From Eledone cirrhosa (Eukaryota), in the NCBI GenBank assembly GCA_964016885.1, contig OZ024744.1, positions 134,788,001-134,852,000 of the forward strand: 64,000 bases of DNA. Reading direction: 5' to 3'. Of this stretch, positions 23,143 to 36,400 are shown one piece after another (within the stretch, counting starts at the first letter, position 1; each line of letters opens with the position of its first letter). Both the position numbers and the translations under genes were made by a program. The notes beneath the pieces were generated by a model. It saw only the letters and a list, made by a program, of their open reading frames with translations, searched no databases and was not told the DNA's origin.

Positions 23143-24381
23143 GTCGGGGTTAAGTTAAGTTGGCGTTAAGTTAAGTTAGGCTTAACTTAAGTTGAGGGTA
23201 AGTTAAGTTGGGGGTAAGTTAAGTTGGGGTTAAGTTAAGTTGCGGTTAAGTTGGGGTTAAGTTAAGTTAGGGTTAAGTTAAGTTGGCGTTGAGTTAAGTT
23301 GGGGTTAATTAAGTGGTGGTTATGTTAAGTTGGGGTTAATTTAAATTGGGGTGAAGTTAACTTTGTGGTTAAGTTAAGTTGGGGTTAAGTTGGGGTTGAG
23401 TTAAGTTGGGGTTGAGTGAAGTTGGGGTTAAGTTAAGTTGGGGTAAAGTTAAGTTGGGGTTAAGTTAAGTCGGGGTTAAGTTAAGTTGTGGTTGAGTTAA
23501 GTTGGGGTTAATTTAAGTTGGGGCTAAGTTAATTTGTGGTTAAGTTAAGTTGGGGTTAAGTTAAGTTGGGGTTAAGTTAAGTTGGGGTTAAGTTAAGTTG
23601 CAGTTAAGTTAAGTTGAGGTTAAGTTAAGTTGGGGTTAAGTTAAGTTGGGGTTAAGTTAAGTTGGGGTTCAGTTAAGTTGGGGTTAAGTTAAGTTGGGGT
23701 TAAGATGGGGTTAAATTAAGTTGGGGTTAAGTTAAGTTGGGGTTAAGTTAAGTTGGGGTTAAGTTAAGTTGGGGTTAATTTAAGTCGGGGTTAAGTTAAG
23801 TCGGGGTTAAGTTAAGTTAGGGTTCAGTTAAGTTGGGGTTAAGTTAAGTTGGGGTTGAGTTAAGTTGGGGTTGAGTTAAATTGGGGTTGAGTTAAGTTGG
23901 GGTTGAGTTAAATTGGTGTTGAGTTAAGTTGGGGTTAAGTTAAGTTGGGGTTAAGTTAAGTTGCAGTTAAGTTAAGTTGAGGTTAAGTTAAGGTGCGGTT
24001 AAGTTAAGTTGGGGTTAAGTTAAGTTGGGGCTAAGTTAAGTTGGGGCTAAGTTAAGTTGGGGCTAAGTTAAGTTGGGGTTAAGTTACGTTGGGGTTAAGT
24101 TAAGTCGGGGTTAAGTTAAGTTGGGGTTAAGTTAAGTTGGGGTTAATTTAAGTTGGGGTTAAGTTAAGTTGGGGTTAAGTTTAGTTGGGGTTAAGTTAAG
24201 TTGGGGTTAAGTTAAGTTGGGTTTAAGTTAAGTTGGGGTTAAGTTAAGTTGGGGTCAAGTTAAGTTGGGGTTAAGTTAAGTTGGTTAGTTAAGTTGAGTT
24301 TAAGTTAAGTTGGGGTTAATTTAAGTTGGGGTTAAGTTAAGTTGGGGTTAAGTTAAGTTGGGGTTAAGTTAAGTTGGGGTT

Positions 24382-24598
24382 AACCCCAACTTAACTTAAC
24401 CCCAACTTAACTTAACCCCAACTTCACTCAACCCCAACGTAACTCAACCCCAACTTAACTTAACCCCAACTTCACTCAACCCCAACTTAACTTAACCCCA
24501 ACTTCACTCAACCCCAACTTAAGTCAACCCCAACTTAACTTAACCCCAACTTGACTTATCCCCAACTTAACTTAGCCCCAACTTAACTTAAGCCCAAA
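24382..24598 (-). repeat. Inverted cassette 12 (class A)
   Basis: Same junctions. Confidence 0.95.
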
Positions 24599-27500
24599 GT
24601 CGGGGTTGAGTTAAGTTGGCGTTAAGTTAAGTTAGGCTTAACTTAAGTTGGGGGTAAGTTAAGTTGGGGGTAAGTTAAGTTGGGGTTAAGGTAAGTTGCG
24701 GTTAAGTTGGGGTTAAGTTAAGTTAGGGTTAAGTTAAGTTGGCGTTGAGTTAAGTTGGGGTTAATTAAGTGGTGGTTATGTTAAGTTGGGGTTAATTTAA
24801 ATTGGGGTGAAGTTAACTTTGTGGTTAAGTTAAGTTGGGGTTAAGTTAAGTTGGGGTTAAGTTGGGGTTGAGTTAAGTTGGGGTTGAGTGAAGTTGGGGT
24901 TAAGTTAAGTTGGGGTTAAGTTAAGTCGGGGTTAAGTTAAGTTGTGGTTGAGGTAAGTTGGGGTTAATTTAAGTTGGGGCTAAGTTAATTTGTGGTTAAG
25001 TTAAGTTGGGGTTAAGTTAAGTTGGGGTTAAGTTAAGTTGGGGCTAAGTTAAGTTGGGGCTAAGTTAAGTTGGGGCTAAGTTAAGTTGGGGTTAAGTTAA
25101 GTTGGGGTTAAGTTAAGTTGGGGTTAAGTTAAGTTGGGGTTAAGTTAAGTTGGTGTTAAGTTAAGTTGGGGCTAAGTTAAGTTGGGGCTGAGTTAAGTTG
25201 GGGCTGAGTTAAGTTGGGGTTAAGTTAAGTTGGGGTTGAGTTAAGTTGGGGTTAAGTTAAGTTGGGGTCAAGTTAAGTTGGGGTTAAGTTGGGGTTAATT
25301 TAAGTTAGGTTTAAGTTAAGTTGGGGTTAAGTTAAGTTGGGGTTAAGTTAAGTTGGGGTTAAGTTAAGTTGGGGTTAAGTTAAGTTGGGGTTAAGTTAAT
25401 TTGTGGTTAAGTTAAGTTGGGGTTAAGTTAAGTTGGGGTTAAGTTAAGTTGGGGTTAAGTTAAGTCGGGGTTAAGTTAAGTTGGGGTTAAGTTAAGTTGG
25501 GGTTAATTTAAGTTGGGGTTAAGTTAAGTTGGGGTTAAGTTAAGTTGGGGTTAAGTTAAGTTGGGGATAATTTAAGTTGGGGTTAAGTTAAGTTTGGGTT
25601 TAAGTTAAGTTGGGGTTAAGTTAAGTTGGGGTTAAGTTAAGTTGGGGTTAAGTTAATTTGTGGTTAAGTTAAGTTGGGGTTAAGTTAAGTTGGGGTTGAG
25701 TTAAGTTGGGGCTGAGTTAATTTGGGGTTAAGTTGGGGTTAAGTTGGGTTTAAGTTAAGTTGGGGTTAAATTAAGTTGGGGTTAAATTAAGTTGGGGTTA
25801 AGTTAAGTTGGGGGTAAGTTAAGTTGGGGGCAAGTTAAGTTGGGGTTAATTTAAGTTGGGGTTAAATTAAGTTGGGGTTACGTTAAGTTGGTGTTAAGTT
25901 AAGTTGGGGTTAATTTAAGTTGGGGTTAATTAAGTTGGGGTTAAGTTAAGTTGGGGTTAAGTTAAGTTGGGGTTAATTTAAGTTGGGGTTGAGTTAAGTT
26001 GGGGTTAAGTTAAGTTGGGGTTATATTAAGTTGGGGTTAAGTTAAGTTGGGGTTCAGTTAAGTTGGGGTTAAGTTAAGTTGGGGTTAAGTTAAGTTGAGG
26101 TTAAGTTAAGTTGGGGTTAAGTTAAGTTGGTGTTAAGTTAAGTTGGGGCTAAGTTAAGTTGGGGCTGAGTTAAGTTGGGGCTGAGTTAAGTTGGGGCTAA
26201 GTTAAGTTGGGGTTGAGTTAAGTTGGGGTTAATTTGGGGTTAAGTTAAGTTAGGTTTAAGTTAAGTTGGGGTTAAGTTAAGTTGGGGTTAAGTTAAGTTG
26301 GGGTTAAGTTAAGTTGGGGTTAAGTTAAGTTGGGGTTGAGTTAATTTGTGGTTAAGTTAAGTTGTGGTTAAGTTAAGTTGGGGTTAAGTTAAGTTGGGGT
26401 TAAGTTAAGTCGGTGTTAAGTTAAGTTGGGGTTAAGTTAAGTTGGGGATAATTTAAGTTGGGGTTAAGTTAAGTTTGGGTTTAAGTTAAGTTGGGGTTAA
26501 GTTAAGTTGGGGTTAAGTTAAGTTGGGGTTAAGTTAAGTTGGGGTTAAGTTAAGTTGGGGTTAAGTTAAGTTGGGGTTGAGTTAATTTGTGGTTAAGTTA
26601 AGTTGTGGTTAAGTTAAGTTGGGGTTAAGTTAAGTTGGGGTTAAGTTAAGTCGGTGTTAAGTTAAGTTGGGGTTAAGTTAAGTTGGGGTTAATTTAAGTT
26701 GGGGTTAAGTTAAGTTGGGGTTAAGTTAAGTTGGGGTTAAGTTAAGTCGGGGTTAAGTTAAGTTGGGGTTAAGTTAAGTTGGGGTTAATTTAAGTTGGGG
26801 TTAAGTTAAGTTGGGGTTAAGTTAAGTTGGGGTTAAGTTAAGTTGGGGTTAAGTTAAGTTGGGGATAATTTAAGTTGGGGTTAAGTTAAGTTTGAGTTTA
26901 AGTTAAGTTGGGGTTAAGTTAAGTTGGGGTTAAGTTAAGTTGGGGTTAATTTAAGTTGGTTAGTTAAGTTGAGTTTAAGTTAAGTTGGGGTTAATTTAAG
27001 TTGGGGTTAAGTTAAGCTGGGGTTAAGTTAAGTTGGGGTTAAGTTAAGTTGGGGTTAATTTAAGTTGGGGTTAATTTAAGTCGGGGTTAAGTTAAGTTGT
27101 GGTTGAGTTAAGTTTGGGTTAATTTAAGTTGGGGCTAAGTTAATTTGTGGTTAAGTTAAGTTTGGGTTAAGTTAAGTTGGGGTTAAGTTAAGTTTGGGTT
27201 GAGTTAAGTTGGGGTTGAGTTAATTTGGGGTTAAGTTAAGTTGGCGTTAAGTTAAGTTGGGTTTAAGTTAAGTTGGGGTTAAATTAAGTTGGGGTTAAAT
27301 TAAGTTGGGGTTAAGTTAAGTTGGGGGTAAGTTAAGTTGGGGGCAAGTTAAGTTGGGGTTAATTTAAGTTGGGGTTAAATTAAGTTGGGGTTACGTTAAG
27401 TTGGTGTTAAGTTAAGTTGGGGTTAATTTAAGTTGGGGTTGAGTTAAGTTGGGGTTCAGTTAAGTTGGGGATAAGTTAAGTTGGGGTTAAGTTAAGTTGG

Positions 27501-28060
27501 GGTTAATTAAGTTGGGGTTGAGTTAAGTTGGGGTTCAGTTAAATTGGGGTTGAATTAAGTTGGGGTTGAGTTAAGTTGGTGTTGAGTTAAGTTGGGGTTA
27601 AGTTAAGTTGGGGTTAAGTTAAGTTGCAGTTAAGTTAAGTTGAGGTTAAGTTAAGGTGCGGTTAAGTTAAGTTGAGGTTAAGTTAAGTTGGGGCTAACTT
27701 AAGTTGGGGCTAAGTTAAGTTGGGGCTAAGTTAAGTTGGGGTTAAGTTACGTTGGGGTTAAGTTAAGTCGGGGTTAAGTTAAGTTGGGGTTAAGTTAAGT
27801 TGGGGTTAATTTAAGTTGGGGTTAAGTTAAGTTGGGGTTAAGTTTAGTAGGGGTTAAGTTAAGTTGGGGTTAAGTTAAGTTGGGTTTAAGTTAAGTTGGG
27901 GTTAAGTTAAGTTGGGGTCAAGTTAAGTTGGGGTTAAGTTAAGTTGGTTAGTTAAGTTCAGTTTAAGTTAAGTTGGGGTTAATTTAAGTTGGGGTTAAGT
28001 TAAGTTGGGGTTAAGTTAAGTTGGAGTTAAGTTAAGTTGGGGTTAAGTTAAGTTGGGGTT

Positions 28061-28276
28061 AACCCCAACTTAACTTAACCCCAACTTAACTTAACCCCAA
28101 CTTCACTCAACCCAACGTAACTCAACCCCAACTTAACTTAACCCCAACTTCACTCAACCCCAACTTAACTTAACCCCAACTTCACTCAACCCCAACTTAA
28201 GTCAACCCCAACTTAACTTAACCCCAACTTGACTTAACCCCAACTTAACTTAGCCCCAACTTAACTTAAGCCCAAA
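28061..28276 (-). repeat. Inverted cassette 13 (class A)
   Basis: Same junctions. Confidence 0.95.
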
Positions 28277-30486
28277 GTCGGGGTTGAGTTAAGTTGGCGT
28301 TAAGTTAAGTTAGGCTTAACTTAAGTTGGGGGTAAGTTAAGTTGGGGGTAAGTTAAGTTGGGGTTAAGTTAAGTTGCGGTTAAGTTGGGGTTAAGTTAAG
28401 ATAGGGTTAAGTTAAGTTGGCGTTGAGTTAAGTTGGGGTTAATTAAGTGGTGGTTATGTTAAGTTGGGGTTAATTTAAATTGGGGTGAAGTTAACTTTGT
28501 GGTTAAGTTAAGTTGGGGTTAAGTTAAGTTGGGGTTAAGTTGGGGTTGAGTTAAGTTGGGGTTGAGTGAAGTTGGGGTTAAGTTAAGTTGGGGTAAAGTT
28601 AAGTTGGGGTTAAGTTAAGTCGGGGTTAAGTTAAGTTGTGGTTGAGTTAAGTTGGGGTTAATTTAAGTTGGGGCTAAGTTAATTTGTGGTTAAGTTAAGT
28701 TGGGGTTAAGTTAAGTTGGGGTTAAGTTAAGTTGGGGTTAAGTTAAGTTGCAGTTAAGTTAAGTTGAGGTTAAGTTAAGTTGGGGTTAAGTTAAGTTGGG
28801 GTTAAGTTAAGTTGGGGCTAAGTTAAGTTGGGGCTAAGTTAAGTTGGGGCTAAGTTAAGTTGGGGTTAAGTTAAGTTGGGGTTAAGTTAAGTTGGGGTTA
28901 AGTTAAGTTGGTGTTAAGTTAAGTTGGGGCTAAGTTAAGTTGGGGTTAAGTTAAGTTGGGGTTAAGTTAAGTTGGGGTTAATTTAATTTGTGGTTAAGTT
29001 AAGTTGGGGTTAAGTTAAGTTGGGGTTAAGTTAAGTTGGGGTTAAGTTAAGTCGGGGTTAAGTTAAGTTGGGGTTAAGTTAAGTTGGGGTTAATTTAAGT
29101 TAGGGTTAAGTTAATTTGGGGTTAGGTTAAGTTGGGGTTAAGTTAAGTTGGGGATAATTTAAGTTGGGGTTAAGTTAAGTTTGGGTTTAAGTTAAGTTGG
29201 GGTTAAGTTAAGTTGGGGTTAAGTTAAGTTGGGGTTAAGTTAATTTGTGGTTAAGTTAAGTTGGGGTTAAGTTAAGTTGGGGTTGAGTTAAGTTGGGGTT
29301 AAGTTAAGTTGGGGTTAAGTTAAGTTGGGGTTAAGTTAAGTTGGGGTTAAGTTAATTTGTGGTTAAGTTAAGTTGGGGTTAAGTTAAGTTGGGGTTAAGT
29401 TTAGTTGGGTTTAAGTTAAGTTGGGGTTAAATTAAGTTGGGGTTAAATTAAGTTGGGGTTAAGTTAAGTTGGGGGTAAGTTAAGTTGGGGGCAAGTTAAG
29501 TTGGGGTTAATTTAAGTTGGGGTTAAATTAAGTTGGGGTTACGTTAAGTTGGTGTTAAGTTAAGTTGGGGTTAATTTAAGTTGGGGTTAATTAAGTTGGG
29601 GTTAAGTTAAGTTGGGGTTAAGTTAAGTTGGGGTTAATTTAAGTTGGGGTTGAGTTAAGTTGGGGTTAAGTTAAGTTGGGGTTATATTAAGTTGGGGTTA
29701 AGTTAAGTTGGGGTTCAGTTAAGTTGGGGTTAAGTTAAGTTGGGGTTAAGTTAAGTTGAGGTTAAGTTAAGTTGGGGTTAAGTTAAGTTGGTGTTAAGTT
29801 AAGTTGGGGCTAAGTTAAGTTGGGGCTGAGTTAAGTTGGGGCTGAGTTAAGTTGGGGCTAAGTTAAGTTGGGGTTGAGTTAAGTTGGGGTTAAGTTGGGG
29901 TTAAGTTAAGTTAGGTTTAAGTTAAGTTGGGGTTAAGTTAAGTTGGGGTTAAGTTAAGTTGGGGTTAAGTTAAGTTGGGGTTAAGTTAAGTTGGGGTTAA
30001 GTTAAGTTGGGGTTGAGTTAATTTGGGGCTGAGTTAAGTTGGGGTTGAGTTAAGTTGGTGTTGAGTTAAGTTGGGGTTAAGTTAAGTTGGGGTTAAGTTA
30101 AGTTGCAGTTAAGTTAAGTTGAGGTTAAGTTAAGGTGCGGTTAAGTTAAGTTGGGGTTAAGTTAAGTTGGGGCTAAGTTAAGTTGGGGCTAAGTTAAGTT
30201 GGGGCTAAGTTAAGTTGGGGTTAAGTTACGTTGGGGTTAAGTTAAGTCGGGGTTAAGTTAAGTTGGGGTTAAGTTAAGTTGGGGTTAATTTAAGTTGGGG
30301 TTAAGTTAAGTTGGGGTTAAGTTAAGTTGGGGTTAAGTTAAGTTGGGGTTAAGTTGGGTTTAAGTTAAGTTGGGGTTAAGTTAAGTTGGGGTCAAGTTAA
30401 GTTGGGGTTAAGTTAAGTTGGTTAGTTAAGTTGAGTTTAAGTTAAGTTGGGGTTAATTTAAGTTGGGGTTAAGTTAAGTTGGGGTT

Positions 30487-30703
30487 AACCCCAACTTAAG
30501 TTAACCCCAACTTAACTTAATACCAACTTCACTCAACCCCAACGTAACTCAACCCCAACTTAACTTAACCCCAACTTCACTCAACCCCAACTTAACTTAA
30601 CCCCAACTTCACTCAATCCCAACTTAAGTCAACCCCAACTTAACTTAACCCCAACTTGACTTAACCCCAACTTAACTTAGCCCCAACTTAACTTAAGCCA
30701 AAA
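30487..30703 (-). repeat. Inverted cassette 14 (class A, AATACC subtype)
   Basis: Right junction variant AAGCCAAAAGTC. Confidence 0.95.
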
Positions 30704-31168
30704 GTCGGGGTTAAGTTAAGTTGGCGTTAAGTTAAGTTAGGCTTAACTTAAGTTGGGGGTAAGTTAAGTTGGGGGTAAGTTAAGTTGGGGTTAAGTTAAG
30801 TTGCGGTTAAGTTGGGGTTAAGTTAAGTTAGGGTTAAGTTAAGTTGGCGTTGAGTTAAGTTGGGGTTAATTAAGTGGTGGTTATGTTAAGTTGGGGTTAA
30901 TTTAAATTGGGGTGAAGTTAACTTTGTGGTTAAGTTAAGTTGGGGTTGAGTGAAGTTGGGGTTAAGTTAAGTTGGGGTAAAGTTAAGTTGGGGTTAAGTT
31001 AAGTTGGGGTTAAGTTAAGTTGGGGTCAAGTTAAGTTGGGGTTAAGTTAAGTTGGTTAGTTAAGTTGAGTTTAAGTTAAGTTGGGGTTAATTTAAGTTGG
31101 GGTTAAGTTAAGTTGGGGTTAAGTTAAGTTGGGGTTAAGTTAAGTTGGGGTTAAGTTAAGTTGGGGTT

Positions 31169-31385
31169 AACCCCAACTTAACTTAACCCCAACTTAACTT
31201 AACCCCAACTTCACTCAACCCCAACGTAACTCAACCCCAACTTAACTTAACCCCAACTTCACTCAACCCCAACTTAATTTAACCCCAACTTCACTCAACC
31301 CCAACTTAAGTCAACCCCAACTTAACTTAACCCCAACTTGACTTATCCCCAACTTAACTTAGCCCCAACTTAACTTAAGCCTAAA
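31169..31385 (-). repeat. Inverted cassette 15 (class A)
   Basis: Right junction variant AAGCCTAAAGTC. Confidence 0.95.
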
Positions 31386-33290
31386 GTCGGGGTTGAGTTA
31401 AGTTGGCGTTAAGTTAAGTTAGGCTTAACTTAAGTTGGGGGTAAGGTAAGTTGGGGGTAAGTTAAGTTGGGGTTAAGTTAAGTTGCGGTTAAGTTGGGGT
31501 TAAGTTAAGTTAGGGTTAAGTTAAGTTGGCGTTGAGTTAAGTTGGGGTTAATTAAGTGGTGGTTATGTTAAGTTGGGGTTAATTTAAATTGGGGTGAAGT
31601 TAACTTTGTGGTTAAGTTAAGTTGGGGTTAAGTTAAGTTGGGGTTAAGTTGGGGTTGAGTTAAGTTGGGGTTGAGTGAAGTTGGGGTTAAGTTAAGTTGG
31701 GGTAAAGTTAAGTTGGGGTTAAGTTAAGTCGGGGTTAAGTTAAGTTGTGGTTGAGTTAAGTTGGGGTTAAGTTAAGTTGGGGTTAAGTTAAGTTGGGGTT
31801 AAGTTAAGTTGGGGTTAAGTTAAGTTGCAGTTAAGTTAAGTTGAGGTTAAGTTAAGTTGGGGTTAAGTTAAGTTGGGGTTAAGTTAAGTTGGGGCTAAGT
31901 TAAGTTGGGGCTAAGTTAAGTTGGGGCTAAGTTAAGTTGGGGTTAAGTTAAGTTGGGGTTAAGTTAAGTTGGGGTTAAGTTAAGTTGGTGTTAAGTTAAG
32001 TTGGGGCTAAGTTAAGTTGGGGCTGAGTTAAGTTGGGGCTGAGTTAAGTTGGGGTTAAGTTAAGTTGGGGTTGAGTTAAGTTGGGGTTAAGTTAAGTTGG
32101 GGTCAAGTTAAGTTGGGGTTAAGTTGGGGTTAATTTAAGTTAGGTTTAAGTTAAGTTGGGGTTAAGTTAAGTTGGGGTTAAGTTAAGTTGGGGTTAAGTT
32201 AAGTTGGGGTTAAATTAAGTTGGGGTTAAATTAAGTTGGGGTTAAGTTAAGTTGGGGGTAAGTTAAGTTGGGGGCAAGTTAAGTTGGGGTTAATTTAAGT
32301 TGGGGTTAAATTAAGTTGGGGTTACGTTAAGTTGGTGTTAAGTTAAGTTGGGGTTAATTTAAGTTGGGGTTAATTAAGTTGGGGTTAAGTTAAGTTGGGG
32401 TTAAGTTAAGTTGGGGTTAATTTAAGTTGGGGTTGAGTTAAGTTGGGGTTAAGTTAAGTTGGGGTTATATTAAGTTGGGGTTAAGTTAAGTTGGGGTTCA
32501 GTTAAGTTGAGGTTAAGTTAAGTTGGGGTTAAGTTAAGTTGAGGTTAAGTTAAGTTGGGGTTAAGTTAAGTTGGTGTTAAGTTAAGTTGGGGCTAAGTTA
32601 AGTTGGGGCTGAGTTAAGTTGGGGCTGAGTTAAGTTGGGGCTAAGTTAAGTTGGGGTTGAGTTAAGTTGGGGTTAAGTTGGGGTTAAGTTAAGTTAGGTT
32701 TAAGTTAAGTTGGGGTTAAGTTAAGTTGGGGTTAAGTTAAGTTGGGGTTAAGTTAAGTTGGGGTTAAGTTAAGTTGGGGTTAAGTTAAGTTGGGGTTAAG
32801 TTAAGTTGGGGTTGAGTTAATTTGGGGCTGAGTTAAGTTGGGGTTGAGTTAAGTTGGTGTTGAGTTAAGTTGGGGTTAAGTTAAGTTGGGGTTAAGTTAA
32901 GTTGCAGTTAAGTTAAGTTGAGGTTAAGTTAAGGTGCGGTTAAGTTAAGTTGGGGTTAAGTTAAGTTGGGGCTAAGTTAAGTTGGGGCTAAGTTAAGTTG
33001 GGGCTAAGTTAAGTTGGGGTTAAGTTACGTTGGGGTTAAGTTAAGTCGGGGTTAAGTTAAGTTGGGGTTAAGTTAAGTTGGGGTTAATTTAAGTTGGGGT
33101 TAAGTTAAGTTGGGGTTAAGTTAAGTTGGGTTTAAGTTAAGTTGGGGTTAAGTTAAGTTGGGGTTAAGTTAAGTTGGGGTTAAGTTAAGTTGGTTAGTTA
33201 AGTTGAGTTTAAGTTAAGTTGGGGTTAATTTAAGTTGGGGTTAAGTTAAGTTGGGGTTAAGTTAAGTTGGGGTTAAGTTAAGTTGGGGTT

Positions 33291-33466
33291 AACCCCAACT
33301 TAAATTAACCCCAACTTCACTCAGCCCCAACGTAACTCAACCCCAACTTAACTTAACCCCAACTTCACTCAACCCCAACTTAACTTAACCCCAACTTCAC
33401 TCAACCCCAACTTCCAACTTGACTTAACCCCAACTTAACTTAGCCCCAACTTAACTTAAGCCCAAA
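33291..33466 (-). repeat. Inverted cassette 16 (first class B: internal deletion giving AACTTCCAACTTGAC)
   Basis: Same junctions; doubled TTGGCG unit in the flank. Confidence 0.95.
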
Positions 33467-36400
33467 GTCGGGGTTAAGTTAAGTTGGCGTTAAGTTAAGT
33501 TGGCGTTAAGTTAAGTTAGGCTTAACTTAAGTTGGGGTTCAGTTAAGTTGGGGGTAAGTTAAGTTGGGGGTAAGTTAAGTTGGGGGTTAGTTAAGTTGGG
33601 GTTAAGTTAAGTTGCGGTTAAGTTGGGGTTAAGTTAAGTTAGGGTTAAGTTAAGTTGGGGTTGAGTTAAGTTGGGGTTAATTAAGTGGTGGTTATGTTAA
33701 GTTGGGGTTAAGTTAAGTTGGGGTTAATTTAAATTGGGGTTAAGTTAACTTTGTGGTTAAGTTAAGTTGGGGTTAAGTTAAGTTGGGGTAAAGTTGGGGT
33801 TGAGTTAAGTTGGGGTTGAGTGAAGTTGGGGTTAAGTTAAGTTGGGGTTAAGTTAAGTTGGGGTTAAGATAAGTCGGGGTTAAGTTAAGTTGTGGTTGAT
33901 TTAAGTTGGGGTTAATTTAAGTTGGGGCTAAGTTAATTTGTGGTTAAGTTAAGTTAGGGTTAAGTTAAGTTGGGGTTAAGTTAAGTTGGGGTTGAGTTAA
34001 GTTGGGGTTGAGTTAATTTGGGGTTAAGTTAAGTTGGGGTTAAGTTAAGTTGGGTTTAAGTTAAGTTGGGGTTAAATTAAGTTGGGGTTAAATTAAGTTG
34101 GGGTTAAGTTAAGTTGGGGGTAAGTTAAGTTGGGGGCAAGTTAATTTTGGGTTAATTTAAGTTGGGGTTAAATTAAGTTGTGGTTACGTTAAGTTGGTGT
34201 TAAGTTAAGTTGGGGTTAATTTAAGTTGGGGTTAAGTTAAGCTGGGGTTAAGTTATGTTGGGGTTAAGTTAAGTTGGGGTTAATTTAAGTTGGGGTTAAG
34301 TTAAGTTGCGGGTAATTTAAGTTGGGGTTAAGTTAAGTTGGGGTTAAGTTAAGTTGGGGTTAAGTTAAGTTGGGGTTAAGTTAATTTGGGGTTAAGTTAA
34401 GTTGGGGCTAATTTAAGTTGGGGCTGAGTTAAGTTGGGGTTAAGTTAAGCTGGGGTTAAGTTAAGTTGGGGTTAAGTTAAGTTGGGGTTAAGTTAAGTTG
34501 GGGTTTATTTAAGTTGGGGTTAAGTTAAGTTGGGGTTCAGTTAAGTTGGGGTTCAGTTAAGTTGGGGTTAAGTTAAGTTGGGGTTAAGATGGGGTTAAAT
34601 TACGTTGGAGTTAAGTTAAGTTGGGGTTAAGTTAAGTTGGGGTTAAGTTAAGTCGGGGTTAATTTAAGTCGGGGTTAAGTTAAGTTAGGGTTCAGTTAAG
34701 TTGGGGTTAAGTTAAGTTGGGGTTGAGTTAAGTTGGGGTTGAGTTAAATTGGGGTTGAGTTAAGTTGGGGTTGAGTTAAGTTGGTGTTGAGTTAAGTTGG
34801 GGTTAAGTTAAATTGGGGTTAAGTTAAGTTGCAGTTAAGTTAAGTTGAGGTTAAGTTAAGGTGCGGGTAAGTTAAGTTGGGCTTAAGTTAAGTTGGGGCT
34901 AAGTTAAGTTGGGGCTCAGTTAAGTTGGGGCTAAGTTAAGTTGGGGTTAAGTTAAGTTGGGGTTAAGTTAAGTCGGGGTTAAGTTAAGTTGGGGTTAAGT
35001 TAAGTTGGGGTTAATTTAAGTTGGGGTTAAGTTAAGTTGGGGTTAAGTTAAGTTGGGGTTAAGTTAAGTTGGGTTTAAGTTAAGTTGGGGTTAAGTTAAG
35101 TTGGGGTTGAGTTAAGTTGGGGCTGAGTTAATTTGGGGTTAAGTTAAGTTGGGGTTAAGTTAAGTTTGGCTTAAGTTAAGTTGGGGTTAAATTAAGTTGG
35201 GGTTAAATTAAGTTGGGGTTAAGTTAAGTTGGGGGTAAGTTAAGTTGGGGGCAAGTTAAGTTGGGGTTAATTTAAGTTGGGGTTAAATTAAGTTGGGGTT
35301 ACGTTAAGTTGGTGTTAAGTTAAGTTGGGGTTAATTTAAGTTGGGGTTAATTAAGTTGGGGTTAAGTTAAGTTGGGGTTAAGTTAAGTTGGGGTTAATTT
35401 AAGTTGGGGTTGAGTTAAGTTGGGGTTAAGTTAAGTTGGGGTTATATTAAGTTGGGGTTAAGTTAAGTTGGGGTTCAGTTAAGTTGGGGTTAAGTTAAGT
35501 TGGGGTTAAGTTAAGTTAAGGTTAAGTTAAGTTGGGGTTAAGTTAAGTTGGTGTTAAGTTAAGTTGGGGCTAAGTTAAGTTGGGGTTGAGTTAAGTTGGG
35601 GTTAAGTTGGGGTTAAGTTAAGTTAGGTTTAAGTTAAGTTGGGGTTAAGTTAAGTTGTGGTTAAGTTAAGTTGGGGTTAAGTTAAGTTGGGGTTAATTTA
35701 AGTTGGGGTTAAGTTAAGTTGCGGGTAATTTAAGTTGGGGTTAAGTTAAGTTGGGGTTAAGTTAAGTTGGGGTTAAGTTAAGTTGGGGTTAAGTTAAGTT
35801 GGGGCTAATTTAAGTTGGGGCTGAGTTAAGTTGGGGTTAAGTTAAGTTGGGGTTAAGTTAAGTTGGGGTTAAGTTAAGTTGGGGTTAAGTTAAGTTGGGG
35901 TTTATTTAAGTTGGGGTTAAGTTAAGTTGGGGTTCAGTTAAGTTGGGGTTCAGTTAAGTTGGGGTTAAGTTAAGTTGGGGTTAAGTTAAGTTGGGGTTAA
36001 GTTAAGTTGGGGTTAAGTTAAGTCGGGGTTAATTTAAGTCGGGGTTAAGTTAAGTTAGGGTTCAGTTAAGTTGGGGTTAAGTTAAGTTGGGGTTAAGTTA
36101 AGTTGGGGTTAAGTTAAGTCGGGGTTAATTTAAGTCGGGGTTAAGTTAAGTTAGGGTTCAGTTAAGTTGGGGTTAAGTTAAGTTGGGGTTGAGTTAAGAT
36201 GGGGTTCAGTTAAATTGGGGTTGAGTTAAGTTGGGGTTGAGTTAAGTTGGTGTTGAGTTAAGTTGGGGTTAAGTTAAATTGGGGTTAAGTTAAGTTGCAG
36301 TTAAGTTAAGTTGAGGTTAAGTTAAGGTGCGGTTAAGTTAAGTTGGGGTTAAGTTAAGTTGGGGCTAAGTTAAGTTGGGGCTAAGTTAAGTTGGGGCTAA

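Larger units (their letters stand above)
16913..23190 (+). repeat. Near-exact 3120-bp tandem duplication (~16913-20032 vs ~20033-23152 and slightly beyond)
   Basis: 60-bp lines at offset 3120 read the same wherever I compared them (e.g. 16921/20041, 18301/21421, 19801/22921). Confidence 0.9.
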
